From NCBI GenBank assembly GCA_044222475.1, contig JBGANF010000094.1, positions 1 through 32,274 of the forward strand: DNA of 32,274 nucleotides. Direction: 5' to 3'. Position 1 is the stretch's first letter, and the number at the start of each line of letters is the position of its first letter. Source of the DNA: Polyangiaceae bacterium. GTDB lineage: Bacteria > Myxococcota_A > Polyangia > Polyangiales > Polyangiaceae. A program made the translations under genes and the position numbers. Below, one piece after another: positions 30,751 through 32,274 of this stretch. Under the pieces are notes generated by a model. That model was not told where the DNA came from and ran no database searches. It saw only the letters and a list, made by a program, of their open reading frames with translations.

Positions 30751-32054
30751 ACCGCGTCGAAGATCATCGTGGGCGTGCGCACCGAGCCGTACGTGTACGG
30801 GTCGGCGCCGAGGGCGACGAGCTTCTGCCACAGGCCGATCAGGTTGCCGGAGATGTTCGTCTCGGCGATCGGCTCCGCGCGCTTGCCATCGCGGATGCGG
30901 AACCCCTGCACGCCGAGCGAGTAGTCGCCGGTCGTCGCGTTCGTGTTCCCGCCGAGGAATCCGGTGACGAGCACGCCGTCCTTGACGCCTTTGAGCATGT
31001 CCTCGAGGCCGCTCTTTCCGCCGGGAAACACGAGGTTCGACGCGTTGCCGGTGGTCGGCGCCATCTTGAGCTTCCGCCCGTAGTAGTCGTCGACGTAGTA
31101 GCTCTTGAGCACGCCCGCCTCGATCACCGTCATCTTCTTCGCGGCGATCCCTTCGCCGTCGAAGTGACGCGAGCCGAGGCCTTTCGGGATGAACGGATCG
31201 TCCTGGATGGTCACGAGCTTGCTCGCGATGGCGGTGTTCAGCTTGCCTTCGAGGAAGCTCTGCTTCTGCTGGAGCGCGCGGGCCGACATCCCGCCTTGCA
31301 GCGCGGCGACGAGCCGGCGCGCGACGCGGTTCTCGACGACCATCGTCATGACCTTGCTCTCGGACTTCTTCGCGCCGATCGCGGCGAGCGCGCGCGCGGT
31401 CGACCCCGCGCCGAGCTCGGCCGTCGTCGGGAGATCCTTCAGGTAGCGCGCGGTCGCGTAGAGGCCGTCCTCCGGGCGCCGCCCGTCGGGGTCCTTCACG
31501 CTGACCTCGCACGAGAGGCTGACCTCGGTCGCTTCGCGTTCGCCCTCGAAGCCGTTCGACGCGATGCGCGCGATCCACGCTTGGCTCGCGGACACGCCGG
31601 TCGTCACGCTGAGGATCGCCTCCGCACCCTTGACCGCGCGGGCCGCGTCCTCGAGCTCCTTGGCCATCTTGCGCCGCGTGTCGGCGTCGAACCCGTCGAG
31701 GGACCGGTCCACCAGATCGAGGTTCGCGGTGGAACGCCCGGCGTACAGCGCCTTGTCCGGAAGGCTGCGAAACGGATCGCTCGTGATGGCGCGGGCCATC
31801 TGCACCGAGTCTCCGACGAATTTCGCGAGCGCCTCGGGCCGGAGATCGCTCGTGCCCAGCGCGACGTACCGGCCGTCGACCCATAGCTGGAACGACACTC
31901 CGTGGGATGTCGCCTCGCTCACCTTCTCGACCTTTCCGTCGCGCCATCGGAGCTCGACGTCGCGGTTCTTGTACGCGCTCGCCCGCGCTTCCTTGGCGCC
32001 TTCCTTCAGCGCCAGATCGACGACCCGGCGCGCTGCATCGAGGAGCTCGCCCAT
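30732..32054 (-). CDS. pmbA: PmbA/TldE family protein, 440 aa
   Basis: SFLEGKL...IAS..VTIQDDP..GLGSRHFDGEG, TTGNASN, NATTGDYSLGVQGF.IRDG, ETNISGNL, SVRTPT. Directly downstream of tldD. Confidence 0.92.
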   Translation of the reverse strand: MGELLDAARRVVDLALKEGAKEARASAYKNRDVELRWRDGKVEKVSEATSHGVSFQLWVDGRYVALGTSDLRPEALAKFVGDSVQMARAITSDPFRSLPDKALYAGRSTANLDLVDRSLDGFDADTRRKMAKELEDAARAVKGAEAILSVTTGVSASQAWIARIASNGFEGEREATEVSLSCEVSVKDPDGRRPEDGLYATARYLKDLPTTAELGAGSTARALAAIGAKKSESKVMTMVVENRVARRLVAALQGGMSARALQQKQSFLEGKLNTAIASKLVTIQDDPFIPKGLGSRHFDGEGIAAKKMTVIEAGVLKSYYVDDYYGRKLKMAPTTGNASNLVFPGGKSGLEDMLKGVKDGVLVTGFLGGNTNATTGDYSLGVQGFRIRDGKRAEPIAETNISGNLIGLWQKLVALGADPYTYGSVRTPTMIFDAVQFAGS

Positions 32055-32055
32055 C

Positions 32056-32274
32056 TCAGGCCTTCCTTCCGCCGACGGTGATCGACGACACGCGGACGGT
32101 CGGCATCCCTTGCGAGACCGGCACGCTCTGTCCGTCCTTTCCGCAGGTCCATCCGCCCTCGTCGATCGCCAGGTCGCCGGCGACCATGTCGATCTTCTCG
32201 AGGACCTTCGGCCCGTTGCCGATGATGTTCACGTCCTTGATCGGGCGCGTGAGCTTGCCGTCTTCGATGAGGTA
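32056..32274 (-). CDS. tldD: TldD metalloprotease, C-terminal 72 aa (partial)
   Basis: Hand translation: YLIEDGKLTRPIKDVNIIGNGPKVLEKIDMVAGDLAIDEGGWTCGKDGQSVPVSQGMPTVRVSSITVGGRKA*. Contains the TldD CGKxGQ.VPV..G.PT signature. Confidence 0.93.
   Translation of the reverse strand, partial: YLIEDGKLTRPIKDVNIIGNGPKVLEKIDMVAGDLAIDEGGWTCGKDGQSVPVSQGMPTVRVSSITVGGRKA

Noticed and set aside
20360..32274. Cys-rich 51-aa peptide as a RiPP precursor processed by TldD/PmbA
   Set aside because: tldD/pmbA are 10 kb away and widespread housekeeping genes. No YcaO, radical SAM, lanthipeptide synthetase or transporter is nearby, and the peptide has no leader (Cys from residue 8).

Overview
High-GC (roughly 70% by eye) bacterial chromosomal DNA, most likely from a myxobacterium (Myxococcota, Polyangiaceae/Labilithrix-like). 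The assignment is inferred from a MYXO-CTERM-type tail, many Cys-rich lipoproteins, two Hanks kinases, an ECF/FecR triad and an FHA-GAF sigma54 activator. Recognisable genes: a YbiT-like ABC-F ATPase, a large kinase with a C-terminal non-RD domain coupled to a CxxCxxCC protein, a penicillin-acylase-family lipoprotein, an ECF sigma/FecR-TPR/beta-barrel module, a LytS/LytTR pair, tRNA-Lys(UUU), a parvulin PPIase, a DUF3160-like lipoprotein, a sigma54 enhancer-binding protein head-to-head with a kinase-TPR protein, CvfB, and tldD/pmbA. No mobile element or CRISPR array was seen. The most notable signals are not in the ORF track: (1) a 51-aa, 14-Cys, His-free metallothionein-like gene (20360-20515, -) with a strong SD, an ECF-type promoter and a terminator; (2) a candidate ~90-nt sigma54-dependent two-hairpin sRNA (about 19603-19692, -); (3) a dispersed 15-bp palindromic motif, GTMCC-(AT-rich N5)-GGKAC, found at least 11 times, mostly inside genes where it coincides with unusually AT-rich codons; (4) mirror-image ECF promoters and several leaderless or bidirectional promoters. 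All calls were made by eye, without database searches.
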